Notes under the pieces: generated by a model
Told to the model about the DNA's origin: nothing
The model's database searches: none
Seen by the model: only the letters and a program-made list of their open reading frames with translations
Translations under genes and position numbers: made by a program
In this document: piece after piece, positions 1-13,323 of the stretch
Layout: the number at the start of each line of letters is the position of its first letter
How positions within the stretch are numbered: the stretch's first letter is position 1
Source of the DNA: Podarcis cretensis
Taxonomy: Eukaryota
Assembly (NCBI GenBank): GCA_951804945.1
Contig: OX638149.1
Coordinates: 59,892,001 to 59,956,000 of the forward strand
Length of the DNA: 64,000 nucleotides
Reading direction: 5' to 3'

Positions 1-2379
1 ATAGTTGTACAGATAGTTTATAAGCACAATATTTTAAGAATATAAGTGGCTGGTCTACTGGGCAGCCTTTGTGCCACTTCAATGCTAGAAATTTAAAAAA
101 AATAAAATAAAACTTTTGTGGTTTACTACTATTTCTGTGGAATAATTATTAAGTCTTGACCTTTTTAAATCAACCTCATTTGGATGCATCTGAACCAGCA
201 GAGCTGTGTTATATTTTCTATCTTTGCTAGAACTTCTTCAGAAGATGAGTGTTTCTTCAAACATGGTTACAATTAACAATGCAGTGGTTAATTATGAAAA
301 CTAATATTCATCTCTCTCTTCTCCCCCCCACTTCACTTTCTGCAAAAACTGGTCTTTTGACTTAACATCTGTTGTTGTATCCTTCACAGGTTCCTATTTG
401 CATTTGAAAGTTCCAAGTAACCTTATAATTAAAATCTAGTTTAAATGCAAAAGTCCTGAAATTTCCATAATTATATGGATTATGTAGAGGATGACATTCA
501 TATATTCAGTGGCTACGAAAAGCCATCAAATACTTTTTTGTGGTGGTGGGGGTGTAAAAAAGAAAATGATAATTCAGCCATCATTGTCTTCCATTTGGTG
601 ATATTGCAGAATTCAGTAAATAAACCACGAACGCCATGCTCCTTTTTGCTTCTTTGAATGCAGTTGGTGTTACCTCTACAATATGTGCCAGGAAATACAA
701 CAGGACACATGGTAGGAAAAGAAAATAGAGAGAATTATTTCTAAGCTGCTGTTAATCATACCCTTTTACTGTTGAATATCTTATGATGGTGTACACCGAA
801 GTTACAAGTGATGGTAATCCCTTTCTTAAAAGGGGTCTCTTAGATACGTATCTCTTTCAGGCACTTACATAGTAGGTACAATAGAATTAGTAGAAAAGAG
901 ATTTAAACATCAAAGAGCTAATGAAATAGTTTATTTTTACATTGTGTCTTATGATTGAAAGAGTAATAGGGCCTACAAGGAACTGCTTTTATCAATAAAA
1001 TACACCTTTGCCAAGAGGAAGTAGTCTTTAGTACTGTTTGATGGTTTTATCACAGAAAGCAATAGTAACAGATACAGTTGCCTCCTAGCATTTTTATCAG
1101 TTTTGAAAATGTTGGGAGCAGGAATGGCCCTTCTAATCTCCTGCTACTATGATGGTGCAAAATAAGGTGTTAGAGATAATCTTGTTAATGATATTCCAGG
1201 TTTTAGGAACAACTTTTGTTTATATACTGTAATTTAAATAAATTGCATTTACATGCCTAGTTTCTGTAATATTTGTGTATACAATACCAAAATCACACAA
1301 GATGTAAATTGTGTATAACTGCACAGACTCTATTCCCTGGGTGTCTGGGAACATTTTAAGTTTTAATTCATATATTATAAAATGACTATATGTGACTGTT
1401 GATTTACAGAATTTACATATCACAAAGGCTAACTATTTGTGGTACCTAAGTTAATAAAAGTGATTTTCTGATTCTGAGTTCCTTTACAAACAAGCATTAC
1501 CCAGTTGATCTGGCAATGACTCTGTGTATGAGCCTCTAATACTGATAATTTTTCCATTACATTTATTTTATTTTCTAGATAGTAATGTTTCTCGCTATAG
1601 TTTGTGTAACAACTTGTGTTCATGTTATCTTTGTTGCTGTAATTTTTGTGCTTTAATTCCTCTTATTTCAAATTGATGACAACAAAATCAAGCTCCTGTA
1701 ACTTGCACTTTCCCTAATCCTTACTACTCTTGTATGGCAACCAAAATTACTGTAAGAAATAAATATAATATTGCACTAAGGTTGTGGTTCTGATTACAAA
1801 CAGTAAGAACAGTCTGAATCTTTTGTTTTTGAAAAGAGTTGCCAAAACTTGCTGTTTAATATTTCTTTTTAAAAAACTGTTCCAGTTACCTTTAATTTAG
1901 CTCACACAAGATATCTTGGCTACTTATCATTACTGTGGAGTCCAAATCCGAATTTCAGTTGAGAAATGTGTGTTGTAGAAATATGAGAGAACACACGTTT
2001 GTGTAAGGGTGATTTGAGTTCTTGCTTTGATGGATGTTTTAGCAATCTTCTTTCTCCCCTGATTGTAGTGATTTCAGTGTTCTGAGCTTCCCAAAGGACA
2101 ATTAGTTGTCATTTCAGATGTTAAATCATTATAGTTTAGTGAAAGGCCCCCATGTTAAGGCACCTTACGAAAGAGACGCAAGGGCTGTGACTCAAAGGTT
2201 CTCATGTTCCTCACTGGGCTGCAAATAAGTAGCAGCGCCATTGCACAGAAGGCCCACCTCTGCTCTTCCTTCTCAGCGTGCTGACCGTGTGGAGGAGGAA
2301 GGGACTGCCTGCCCTATTGGACAAGAGATTTAACAGCAGACCATTTTGACGCCTTTATTCCAAGCATATCTCCTTTACC

Positions 2380-2480
2380 GTTTGCCTGATCCTCTTTAAA
2401 AGCCATTCAAGTTGGTGGCTGTCGCAGCCTCCTGCGCGAGAGTATTCCAAAGTTTAACTGTGCGCTGCATGAAGGCATTT
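2380..2480 (-). mobile_element. Degraded CR1-like LINE fragment
   Basis: Motif ccattcaagttggtggctgtcgcagcctcctgc...ttccaaagtttaactgtgcgctgcatgaag resembles the antisense CR1 3' region also seen near 51.5 kb; recognised by eye. Confidence 0.3.
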
Positions 2481-3903
2481 TACTAAATGTGAAGCTAAAT
2501 GAAGGCCTTTCCCGCTCCCCTTTTGTTCAGCAACCGTTTGCATATAGAGAATTATAGTCAGAAAGGGGAATCGGGAAACAGAAGCTTATTTCCTACCGCA
2601 GTTCAGGTGTAAGTGCGTTATGCTTCCATCACTCGTATTCTGCAATTGGAGTTCATCAATTCCTATGGAAGGGTTGCATTTCCCTTATCATGGGAAGAAT
2701 GTTGAATATTCTAAGCTTTCTGTTTCTTCATTTGATTCCCCCCACCTTTTTCCCCTTTAAGTCAGATGTGGGGAACCTGAGGCCCCCCAAAAGATGCTGA
2801 ACGCCAGTTTTCATCATCCTTGACCGTGGACCATGCAAGGTGGGGCTGGTGGAAGTTTGAGGACAAAAACACTTGGGAGGCCACAGGTTTTGCTGTCCTT
2901 GGTTTAAATTCTGAAGATTCATGGAAGAAAATGCCTTAATGCGGTTATGAAATTTATGTTCCATAATAGATGGGATTTGGCTTTGTTTAGAGGTTTAGTT
3001 TTCTCCCATGCATGGGTTTCTGGTCTATGTCCATTGTGTCTGATATTCAAAGGATTCTGTAGCTTTGTTTTCTTCAGTGTTTAATTGTATTCAGTTATTC
3101 TAACTGCCAAGATACATGGATATCTTTATCTAGCTATAGATACGATTATACCTGCACACATTATTATTTTGTAATAATAATTATAAAACTAGCCTCGCAC
3201 CATGCTATGGAATTACTAGTGCTGGGTATGGTTCCAGGTAGTAATTTACACATCTTTGTTAAAGCTTTTTCATTCAGGAAACTGGTTAATTTCAAACATA
3301 TTGCATTGGCCACCTTACAGCACAGAGTGAAGACTTGCATCAACAGGATAATACTCAAGAACAGTACCAGCACTGACCATGAGTTGTATACTGAAATTGT
3401 ACATCAGAACGCAGTAAATACAAGGATGAAGTGCGGGCTTCGGACACTTTGAACCTGACTTGTACAAATCTTGTTACAAACTGTTGATCTTTTGATGAGA
3501 AATACCATTTCAACATCCATGTATTGTAGTTACAGTGCCTTGTATTCTGGATCAAGAAGTCCATCAGTGCACAGCTTAACAAAAAAATAAATTGCTAAAT
3601 GTTGGGGGGGGGGTCAAAACATTATTTTGCAGCCCTCTCTAATGAAGCTGTGACTTGATGAGTCACCAAAATGAAATAAAAAATTCAAATAAAATTGTGT
3701 TTCAGTTGTTTCCCAATAACAAATATGTACAACATCTGTTCAGTACGTAGGGATATAATTTCTGTACTTTTATGCAGATCTTAATTTAACAGTGTACACG
3801 TCGCTGTTACGTATCAAACTCAAGCTCTTTACAGATAGATACGCTGACTCCTAGTGGCAATTGTTTGACAAATCAGGGAACAATTTATATAAAGTTTTCA
3901 AAC

Positions 3904-4067
3904 AATAAATTATAAAGGAATCTTGTTTTTAAAAAATAAAAAACACATTTATTTTACTAACCTATTATTTGAACATATATATTTTAAAATTTTGTATTTT
4001 AATATAGCATTGAAGTAGGTTTGGAGAATAGTGCCCTAAAAGGCAACAGGTGCATCTTTTAAATAAA
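3904..4067 (+). terminator. Cluster of candidate poly(A) signals
   Basis: AATAAA at 3904-3909, 3935-3940 and 4062-4067, with T-rich sequence after the first two. Confidence 0.35.
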
Positions 4068-5970
4068 TATATTTACAAGTTACAGAGCTACCGAAAAGGG
4101 GGGAGAATTAAAGGCAGACAAATCACCCAGTCAAAAGCCCAGGTGAGCTTGTGGCAACAGAACAGAAGGTAGGTCCACATTTTTTTCTTTTCTCCTTCCA
4201 TCAGCTTTGTGGTTTCCATGTTGTTGTTTATAGTTTTTGTATTGCTCCCAATGGGAAAGGAAGTAAACCTGTTCCAGGGCCACTCTCTTCTGGGGGGTCT
4301 GCTTGGGAGAAGGAAGGAGCTTTGGAAGGAGCAGATTAAAAGCCTTCCCTTACCCACTCCAGTAATGCATTCATTTTGCCCTCTCCATTGTCAGCGTACT
4401 AGTGATGGTGGAGGGACAGTTGCAAGAGCTGGAGGGTATGTCTGGGGCAAGCCTGCTCAACTCAGGGCTTTCCATCCACGGAGGGAGTAATCCACAGTGT
4501 CCTATGGCCCCATGGGATGCTGTCCCAGAGACTAATAAGTTTGCAATTTAACTCTAATTGGTTTCAGTGGTAAGGTCCCAGCATGTGATTAAGAATCTCC
4601 TATTTAAATAAGTAGATGTGACATATTTAGAGCAAAATGCAGTTGGGAGCCTACTGATTTGGGTATATTTTTTTAAGAAAACAAGCTATGCATAGAAGTG
4701 TGTGTGTGTCTGTGTGTGTGTGACATTTCCTGTTTTATGTTGTGAAAGAGAAGGGATGCAAGTCTCATTTAATTTTTACGTGTGTTTTTTTATGTCAGTC
4801 TCCATTGTAGCAAGTTGGTATGCAGTAGGAAGGCCATTTTGTTTGTGGAAACATAATTTTCCAGAAGGTTGCTTAGGAGCATTATGGTGGATGGATTTTT
4901 TAGTTGGAAATGGGGAATACTCAGTGGGATCTAGGTACTGCTTAGGGTAATTATGCAAGGGGCTTTGTAATATCTAGCCCAATGTTTGATACTTTACTTT
5001 GAAGGGAGTTTCAAAAGCAGCTTGCTATAGAGCATGGGTGCATAGCAAACTGGTTTTGAAACAGCTTGAGGGTCTATGATTCAAAGCAAAATAGCCTTTA
5101 AAAACTTCTGAGCAGGGTCATTGTTGTTTGTCAGATACAGGAAGCAGAGAAGGTGGCTTGGCTTAGGTAAGAATGTGTATGTTTATAACACTCCACATAC
5201 CCACTTCCACAGGATCAGATCCATTAATCCAGTATTCAGATATCATAACAAAGTGCTTATATTTCAGATGCCATGCTTTCTTTAGGTTTGAAATGCTAGG
5301 AATATTTTCAGCACTCCCAACCTATGTGTGCATTTGATACCTTGCCCCTTTTCAATGGAGGGGGGAACATAGGAAAGAAGGGGATCTTCTTCTGGTGGTG
5401 AGCAGAACATGTTGCTTTCCCCTAAAGATTAAGAAAGAATGGATGAGGAAAAAACTAATGAGATTCTTAGTGGCGACCCTCGTGGTCATTTTGATTTATT
5501 TATTTATTTATTTCATTTATTGTATCCTGCCTTTCTTCCAAGAAGCTCAAGGTAGTAGACATTTTCTCTCCTCTCCACAGGCCCCCCTTCACAAATATTG
5601 TGAGGTTGCTTAGGCTGAGAGTACAACTGACCCAAGGTAAACCAGGGGTGGCGGTGGTTGTTTTGCTTTGTTTTTGTTGTTTTGGCTAGGACATTATACT
5701 TAGTATCACTTATATTTTATAATATAGAATCATAATAAACACTAATGGAATATTAGTTTAAATTTAAACAATAAGTCAAATGTGTACATAACATGTATTT
5801 GAACATGCAGTTCCTTTTCCACTAAACAGTTACAGTTATAGCAAACTGCCTCAAGGAGCACACAGCCCTATCTGGAACAGCTCATTTCCATATATCTGTA
5901 ATGTTGGGATATGCTTATGCTGCAAAGTCTGTTTCTTTCTGCTTGTGTGTATTTTATAGGTGTGCATAGC

Positions 5971-6248
5971 CAGGGGTCAGCAAACTTTTTCAGCAGGGCG
6001 CCGGTCCACTGTCCCTCCGACCTGGTGGGGGGCCGAAATATATTTTTTTTTGGGGGGGGGGATGAACAAATTCCCAAGCCCCACAAATAACCCCCAGATG
6101 CATGCATTAAGCCCCACAAATAACCCAGAGGTGCATTTTAAATAAAAGGACACATTCTACTCATGTAAAAACATGCTGATTCGCAAGCCGGATTTAGAAG
6201 GCGATTGGGCCAGATCTTTTCCCCCAGGCCTTAGTTTGCCTACCCATG
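5971..6248. mobile_element. Non-autonomous hAT (Charlie-type) MITE
   Basis: Imperfect TIRs CAGGGGTCAGCAAACT (5971) / AGTTTGCCTACCCATG (ends 6248). Both flanks share CATAGC (degenerate TSD). Confidence 0.7.
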
Positions 6249-7552
6249 ACATAGCCTATATTTATTTGCATGTATAAGCACATTTGCTCTCCTGCATCTC
6301 ACGCGTTAGACTAGCAGGAGCAGAAACAATGTTCCAGAATTGTGATTCCCAAATAAGCACCACTGCAGTACATAATTTTACATATAATCAAACTAACCCT
6401 ATGCAGATTTAGATGTGCCCAAGCCTCCTGAAATTAAATGTCTGCATAGAATCAGGCAAAAGTATACAACTTTTTATAAAAACATCAACAAAATGAATTG
6501 TAACTAATGCTAGAAGCAATAGCTAAAGAGGCCAAAATCCATTAGTGAGAATTTGACTGACAATGGGACGGATGAGCCAATCGCTACAGCAATTTGTTCT
6601 ATCAAAGTACAAATTGTAGGGAAAAGTGGAAGAAAGTCTATGAAGTGCCATCCTTGTACTTTCTAGGAACCACTGGTCTGAGCATTTCAAAACACACCTG
6701 AAAACGTGCTGGGCTATTTTTATTCTGCTCTAATTATACAAGGAGATTGGACTGGAACCCATTACACTGTAATTTACAATGAGTTCCCCTCCCTTATCCC
6801 ATTCATGAACAAAATTAATCTGAGCTGTAAGCCTGACAGTTTGTTGGTGTTCTGGGTAGCCAATGAGCCTGCCCTGCAAGTTTACAATGCTTCCAGTTAC
6901 CTGAGAAGGAATTGGCAGCACACCAAACCACAGGGACCAACACCAGCTGCTCCCCCAGCAGCCATGCCAGTTGTTTGTTTATTTGCTGCACCGATATCCT
7001 GTCTTTCCTCCAGAGAGCTCAAGGCTGCATACACGGTTCTCCCTCATCCATTGTACCCTCAAACAAACAAACAAAACAAAAACCACCACAGTGAGGTAGG
7101 ATAGATGAGACACAGCAGCTCAGGGAAGGATGCACCATGGGAGAATACCTTCCCACAGCTGTATATGGACAAAAAGAGCTGCACAACCAACCCTGCTGCT
7201 TTGAAACAACGTGTGTTTTGCTTGCAGGAGATCCCAGGTGCAAAGCCTGGCTATGATTTCCTACTAAGAAAAGGCTGGGAGGTGCTAGAGCACAGGGACC
7301 ACTGATGGCCTGGTTCTCATATCCCCCAGGTTGGCTTTTAAGCATCATTCTAGCTACTTGCCTTGATGCCTGTGTCCTGCTCCCACTACCAGAGGCGATA
7401 GGCCTCTAAATATGAATTGCTAGGAATTACAACTGGGAAGAATGCTGCTGGGCGTGGTCTTCTGGTTGGCTGCTGGAAGAGCAGGAAGCTTGATTAGATG
7501 GGCCTTTGGCCTGATGTAGCAGAGCTCTTATGTTCTTATATAGTTTCTGTCC

Positions 7553-7630
7553 TATGTTTCCTGCACTGCAGGAAGTTAGACAAGATGACCCTCAAGGTCC
7601 CTTCCAACTGCATTTCTATGATTCTGTGAT
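7553..7630 (+). mobile_element. CR1 LINE (or CR1-tailed SINE) 3' end fragment
   Basis: ttcctgcactgcagg...gatgaccctcaaggtcccttccaact followed by an ATTCTATG/ATTCTGTG tail, the CR1 terminal signature. Confidence 0.7.
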
Positions 7631-7864
7631 GCTATCCAGCCACACCTTTCCTTTCTGATTTGCCTGGACCTGCTGGTCATTGCCCAAACAAACACTGCTG
7701 CCCACATTCCCCTTCCACCTCATGCTATCTGACTACATCATTCTGCACAGGAGTAGTAACAGATTTGTGAAATGTCAAGAGCCTTCTCCCCTACCCTTTT
7801 ATTTGTGGGGTGTGTTGGCCTTGCAGCCCTTTGGCAATCCATCAGCAGAGTCTCCGGCTGTTGC

Positions 7865-8381
7865 CAGTGGCGTAGCGTGGGTTGTCAGCACCCGGGGCAA
7901 GGCAAGTAATTTGTGCCCCCTAACCCATGGATTTGCACCCCCTAACCCATGGATTTGACGCAGGTGGCGCTGTGGGTTAAAGCCTCAGTGCCTAGGACTT
8001 GCCGATCGAGAGGTCGGCGGTTCGAATCCCTGCGGCGGGGTGCGCTCCCACTGCTCGGTCCCAGTGCCTGCCAACCTAGCAGTTCGAAAGCACCTCCGGG
8101 TGCAAGTAGATAAATAGGGACCGCTTACCAGCGGGAAGGTAAACGGCGTTTCCGTGTGCGGCTCTGGTTCGCCAGAGCAGCGATGTCACGCTGGCCACGT
8201 GACCCGGAAGTGTCTCCGGACAGCGCTGGCCCCTGGCCTCTTAAGTGAGATGGGCGCACAACCCCAGAGTCTGTCAAGACTGGCCCGTACGGGCAGGGGT
8301 ACCTTTACCTTTACCTAACCCCCAGATGTTGTGCCCGGTGCGGCCGGCCCCCCCCCCTGCACCCCCCACACTACGCCACTG
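7865..8381. mobile_element. hAT-superfamily MITE containing a nested SINE
   Basis: Perfect TIRs CAGTGGCGTAG (7865) / CTACGCCACTG (8371-8381). Perfect 8-bp TSD GCTGTTGC at 7857-7864 and 8382-8389. Confidence 0.9.
7957..8315 (+). mobile_element. Sauria-type tRNA-derived SINE, young copy nested in the MITE
   Basis: A-box TGGCGCTGTGG, B-box GGTTCGAATCC and (ACCTTT)n tail; near-identical to the copies at 33.8, 38.1 and 51.9 kb. Confidence 0.92.
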
Positions 8382-10755
8382 GCTGTTGCACATCCAAAAT
8401 ACTCCATCCCTGGAGGCTTAGAGCAGATCCTAAAGCCCTCCAGACCATGCAACTGAAACATTTGATTGCACTATAATTCACTTGTCATATTAAATCATCT
8501 TAAACCATCTGCTGAGAAGTCACTGGTCACGTAGCTGTTGATTTAGACAATTCAAAAGCACTTTAACCAATTTTCATCCAGCAGTGCTGTTTATAAATTA
8601 TTTACTCAACTGGTTAAAAGCATAACTGAAATCCGCTAATCATTTGCTATCATTGATTTTAAAAGAGGCCAACATAATCACATTATGGAAGCTCATGTTT
8701 CTGCTTGGAAAAGTAGTGGTGCCAACTATGGACTTCCCTTCTCTTCTGCTAGCCCTGTTTACACTGTTCATTAGTAACTTTCATGTTAAAATCCAGTTTG
8801 CTTAATGTGTCTATTTATTGAATTACAGTAGTTTAGTTTTTCTGAGTGAAACAAAATGGCTTTGAATACGAGCCTGCTTTAACAGGGAGTAATTACTTCT
8901 ATCCACTGAAACAGAAACATCTGAAGCAGAAATGGTTGGCTTGGGAAGCATTCGTTGCAGCCCAGTCTCCTGCTGACCAGCCTCAAGGGTTTCACTTTTG
9001 AAATCTGAAATTTCTTATTTTTCCTGGAGGGAAAAGGAAGACTGCAAGGGAAAGAAAAGAATGGAGGAGCAAGATGTGCAAACCCACCACTGAGGTAGGT
9101 GCAAGCAGTCTCCAAACCATGATTCATTTCTCCCCAGTTCCAAACCACATTTGAAAATTAAACACATTGGGTAATGGATTCCCCAACCCCCACCCCTTAA
9201 CAATTCTCCTCAGCCTCAAGGCTTTATATAAAATAAATTGGATGCAAGAACATTCTTCACCATCCCCTTAAATCTTGCCATCTGTGCAAGCTAAAAATAA
9301 AGTAGCAGCTTAAAGAGGGGCTTTATAAAATGCAGCACAGAAATGCCTTAAGATTGGCTGGACTCTCTCAAGAAAAAAAAAATTATGCTAGGTTACTCCC
9401 AGTGTTGAGCACCACAGCCAAGATTGCGCTCTGTTTTTCTTCGCAGGCTATTGAAACCTTCAGAATTTTATTCTGTTAATGTGTAAAGGAGGGTGGGTCA
9501 GACCAAGTTAGTGGTTGTACTGGAAGAACACAAACAGCAGAGGGAGTTGTATTCACTCTTAACATAGAATGTAACAAAAACCTTTCCCCCAGGGAGTCTT
9601 TATTTTATTGGCAGTGCTAGCAAATAAAAGCAAGTTTGTGTTGAAACAGTTAAAAATTCCAGGGTCTTTACTAGTGAAGCCACATTTTTGGGATCTCAGT
9701 TATAGCACTTTCTTCTATCAGCTAGGTTTTACAGGGTCTGGCTGTTTTCACTGACTATCCTTTCAAGTTTCAGGCTTCTGCAGTCTTCAGAAGATACTAT
9801 GTGTTTGTACATTTTAAAGGTAAGAAGAGGAACTTGTAATTGTAAAGATGCCTATCCTCAAAAATACCACCATCATGTCCCAAGAGATCATAATTACAGC
9901 CGTTCCTTTTCTACAGCAAACTCACTAGCTGGAATGCTGGCTAGGCCAAAAGTAACTGGTTAGGGGCCCATCCTGTTTGCTGCAAAAACTGCCCTCAGCC
10001 ATGGCTGCTTTGCAGCAGAGAGTAGGAGCCAGAGCTTGAAAAGGTGACTTTGCATGTTAAATGTGTCGTTCTTGGCTTTAAAAAGCTTCCTATCCAGGCA
10101 GAACTATGACAGGCGCAACAAGGGAGCATTGTATGTAATGGGTTTATTCTGCACAGCAGCTGCCGCCAACTATCAGTAATACACCACAGACTTTCAAAAA
10201 AATAGAGCAAGCTTTTTCAATACAATAATCAGAGGACACAAACACAATCATGTTGTTGGTGGGTGATTCATATTGATTAAGCTGTCTGTAAGCTACCCCG
10301 CTGGTTTCCAAATTATTTATTTTCTCTCTTTCTCCCCCTGCTATCATTAAATCTGACCGAGATGAGGAATTCTCCCAAATAGGCAAAATGGACCCCAGGT
10401 TTTTCACAGAAGCAACCTAGGAAGCTTCATCAGGTAGAATAAATGTATTTACAGCTATACTGCCTTCATCCACCCCACAAAAAAAGTATATACGGTACCT
10501 TTAAAATATATTTACACAGGGGGTCTTGAAAATGACTTGACTTTAAGCCAAGCACAAATCCTCCATATATACCAGTTGTGAACCATTTCATAAATTATAT
10601 AACATGAATGTGTGTGTGTGTGTCCTAGTCGTATCATCAAGTCTGTCAATCCTAGCCCCCTGACAAGTGTACCAGAGTTCTAGATTGGAGGGGGTATCAC
10701 ACCAACTGGTCAGTTTGTTCAGCCCTTGAGGGCTCTAGGGCCTGCTTCTCCATTT

Positions 10756-11120
10756 AGGTAAGGTAAAGGTAAAGGATGGTCAAGTCCATGGGGTTGTGAC
10801 GCTCATCTCGCTTTCAGGCCAAGGGATCTGGCTTTGTCCACAGACAGCTTTCTGGGTCATGTGGCCAGCATGAGTAAACCGCTTCTAGTGCAATAGAATA
10901 CCGTGATGGAAACCAGAGCACATGGAAATGCAGTTTACCTTCCTGCTGCAGCGGTACCTATTTATCTACTTACACTTGTGTGCTTTTGAGCTGCTAGGTT
11001 GGCAGAAGCTGGGACAGAGCAATGGGCGCTCACTCCGTCGCGTGGATGCGAACTGCCGACCTGCCGATCAGCAAGACCAAGAGGCTCAGTGGTTTAGACC
11101 ACAGTCCCCTTCACCGTCCC
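10756..11120 (-). mobile_element. Sauria-type SINE, older diverged copy
   Basis: (AAAGGT)n at the left end; conserved core tttaccttcc...cctatttatctactt...ctgctaggttggcag. Confidence 0.8.
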
Positions 11121-11544
11121 CATGTCTACACCAAGGCCACTTGCCATCTGAAAAAGCTCTTCTGGATAACACTGAGCCCTTTGATGTATTAGCTACACAT
11201 TTTGCAGAGAAAGCAGCTCATATCCAGGCCAATTTAGTTGCCCTAGTGAATACAGAGCTAGAGATGGGTGGAATTACCACATTGATTATGCTGTACCCAA
11301 GGATACAGACAATGTGCTCAAAGGTGTAAGGGTCTGCTTTGTGCTCCTTTGACCTTAGAGTCCTTCCTGGATGGTGAAATCTGCTAGAATTGGGCTGTCC
11401 ATGTGGCTTACCGATGGTTGTGGATGCCTCATTGAGAGTTGGAGTGACCAAGGCTTTCTCACATACTCTGAGAGAGTTTTGTGTGTTTTTTAAAACTAGC
11501 TCAGTATGTGATAAAGCCTTTAAAACACACACACAAACAGGCTC

Positions 11545-13186
11545 TGAAGATGGTTCCAAAATTTTATTTGAATATTTAATTTACAAAAAAGGAAAAAAGG
11601 AATAATGTACCCTATGAGGTGTCCTATGCAAAACTTGGTAAGATTAACTGCATATAAAATCCGGCCCAACCCAATGTAATACTATTAATGCAATCAGGAG
11701 ACAAATAGAAACCAGTGGGAAAGGAAACATCAGGTAAAAGTGACATTCTTCTTAAAGATTGTCCCAACTAGTTAATTCCACACACACCCCTCACGATCCC
11801 ACCCCGAGGCCGCCTTCCTAGATACACTGTACACTGCCATTTTACATAAATATTGTTTTAATATTCCACTGGGCTTACTTACGAGACTTTTTCACTTTTT
11901 CTTGCTCAATCAGTTCCTCCCTGAATTCCTCCAGTCAAGTAGAAATGGACAGGACACACACACTGAACACGTCTTTGGTAGGGATGCTCATGTGATCAAA
12001 ATTAGTGACTAACCCAATATTTGACTTGTCCCATTGAAGTAGTAGCAAGAACTTCAGCTTAACATTTGGCAAGAGGCAGACACACTTTTACTGATTTGTG
12101 TTACTGGCAGTTTCAGCTGAACTTATAAAAAAGGTGGTAGTTTTCTACACATTGCTTAGTAGAGATTATCTGCAAGGTTTTAAGCTCCTCTTATTAACAT
12201 TCCTTGAGTGAAATAAGGTTGCATAACCAGCTTACCACACAGCCGGCCTTCTCCCACTTCCAACTCATAAAAATCCAGTATGTATGTACACACCTATTGC
12301 CTCATTTTAACCTTCAAGGCAGCAGTGTTATGAACTGCATGCAGTAGATGGGTGTTATTTGCAAGACAATGACAACGGTCACTTCTTGGCAAGTCTCTCA
12401 GGACCAAAAAATCTCACAGTGTTCTGGGCACAGGGAGAAGAAGAAAAGCAGAGTTTTCTTTTGCCAATATATTGGGAGGCTTCCACTGGAGGAGAACACA
12501 AGACAACAAATGCTTATGGCAATGGCATCAACCCTCTTTTGGACTGAATGAATGGTGGCTGCACAAGGGAACTTTCCACTGGATTGCAGTTCTCAAGAAA
12601 ATATTTTTTAAAAATGTATCTGCACTGGATCCTTCCTATTATCAATGTAAAAAGGTTTTTCCTATGGAGTAATTGCCATCAACTGCAACTCCTCTCAGGT
12701 CCTCCTGCTATGTTCCCTATATATGGAAATATGATATATAAACTTGCACAGCTGAGCTCTGGGAAGCTGACAATGAGTAGCTGAGAGTACGGTGAGAGTA
12801 CTAGAGTAGCTGGACATAATTACTTGGGAATTCAGCACACAAACAGCTACAAAATGAGACATGCAGTTGCCATCAGAAAGAGATAAAAATGCCTTGGAAA
12901 TTGTCGGGAACCCCATCACCAATTTGGCCAAAAGGAAAAGCCCCCATTTTCAAACCGCATTAAAAACCTATGACAACAGGCTGAAGTGGGGAACGCGAGA
13001 GTTACAATATATTAAGCGATTTCTGAGCCCATAAACATTTGTAAAAGCATCGGCAAAATATCTTAAATATAAAAGGAATATGTATAGACCCCCTCCATCC
13101 TCCGGAAGAAAAAGAACGTGATTTGTAGTGTAATAAATCAGACGAATGATCATGGTATTAAGGCATAAATGGTAGGACATTATTTC
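11545..13186 (-). other. CTTN: CTTN 3' UTR (3' end approximate)
   Basis: Lies between the stop codon TAG (13187-13189) and the poly(A) signal at 11563-11568. Confidence 0.65.
11563..11568 (-). terminator. CTTN: CTTN poly(A) signal
   Basis: Minus-strand AATAAA followed about 25 nt later by the GU-rich element tgtttgtgtgtgtgttt; ~1.6 kb after the stop codon. Confidence 0.65.
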
Positions 13187-13323
13187 CTATTGCCTCAGCT
13201 CGACATAATTAGCTGGGAAGAGCCCGTATCTGCCTTTGCACACTCCCCTCCACCAGCCATCATCGATCATTTCAATGTTTGTGATGATGTCGTCAGGATC
13301 AAAGGAAATTTCATCATCCCCAG
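13187..13323 (-). CDS. CTTN: Cortactin coding exon 16 (last; SH3 domain C-terminal part)
   Basis: (A)[44 protein letters not shown]; cag acceptor; 137 nt. Confidence 0.98.

Larger units (their letters stand above)
1..4080 (+). other. SHANK2: Putative long 3' UTR of a plus-strand gene convergent with CTTN (SHANK2 expected by synteny)
   Basis: AT-rich stretch with no recognisable coding exon, ending in a cluster of plus-strand AATAAA. In human the order is PPFIA1-CTTN with SHANK2 convergent on CTTN. No SHANK2 coding sequence is visible, so the identity is inferred. Confidence 0.35.
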
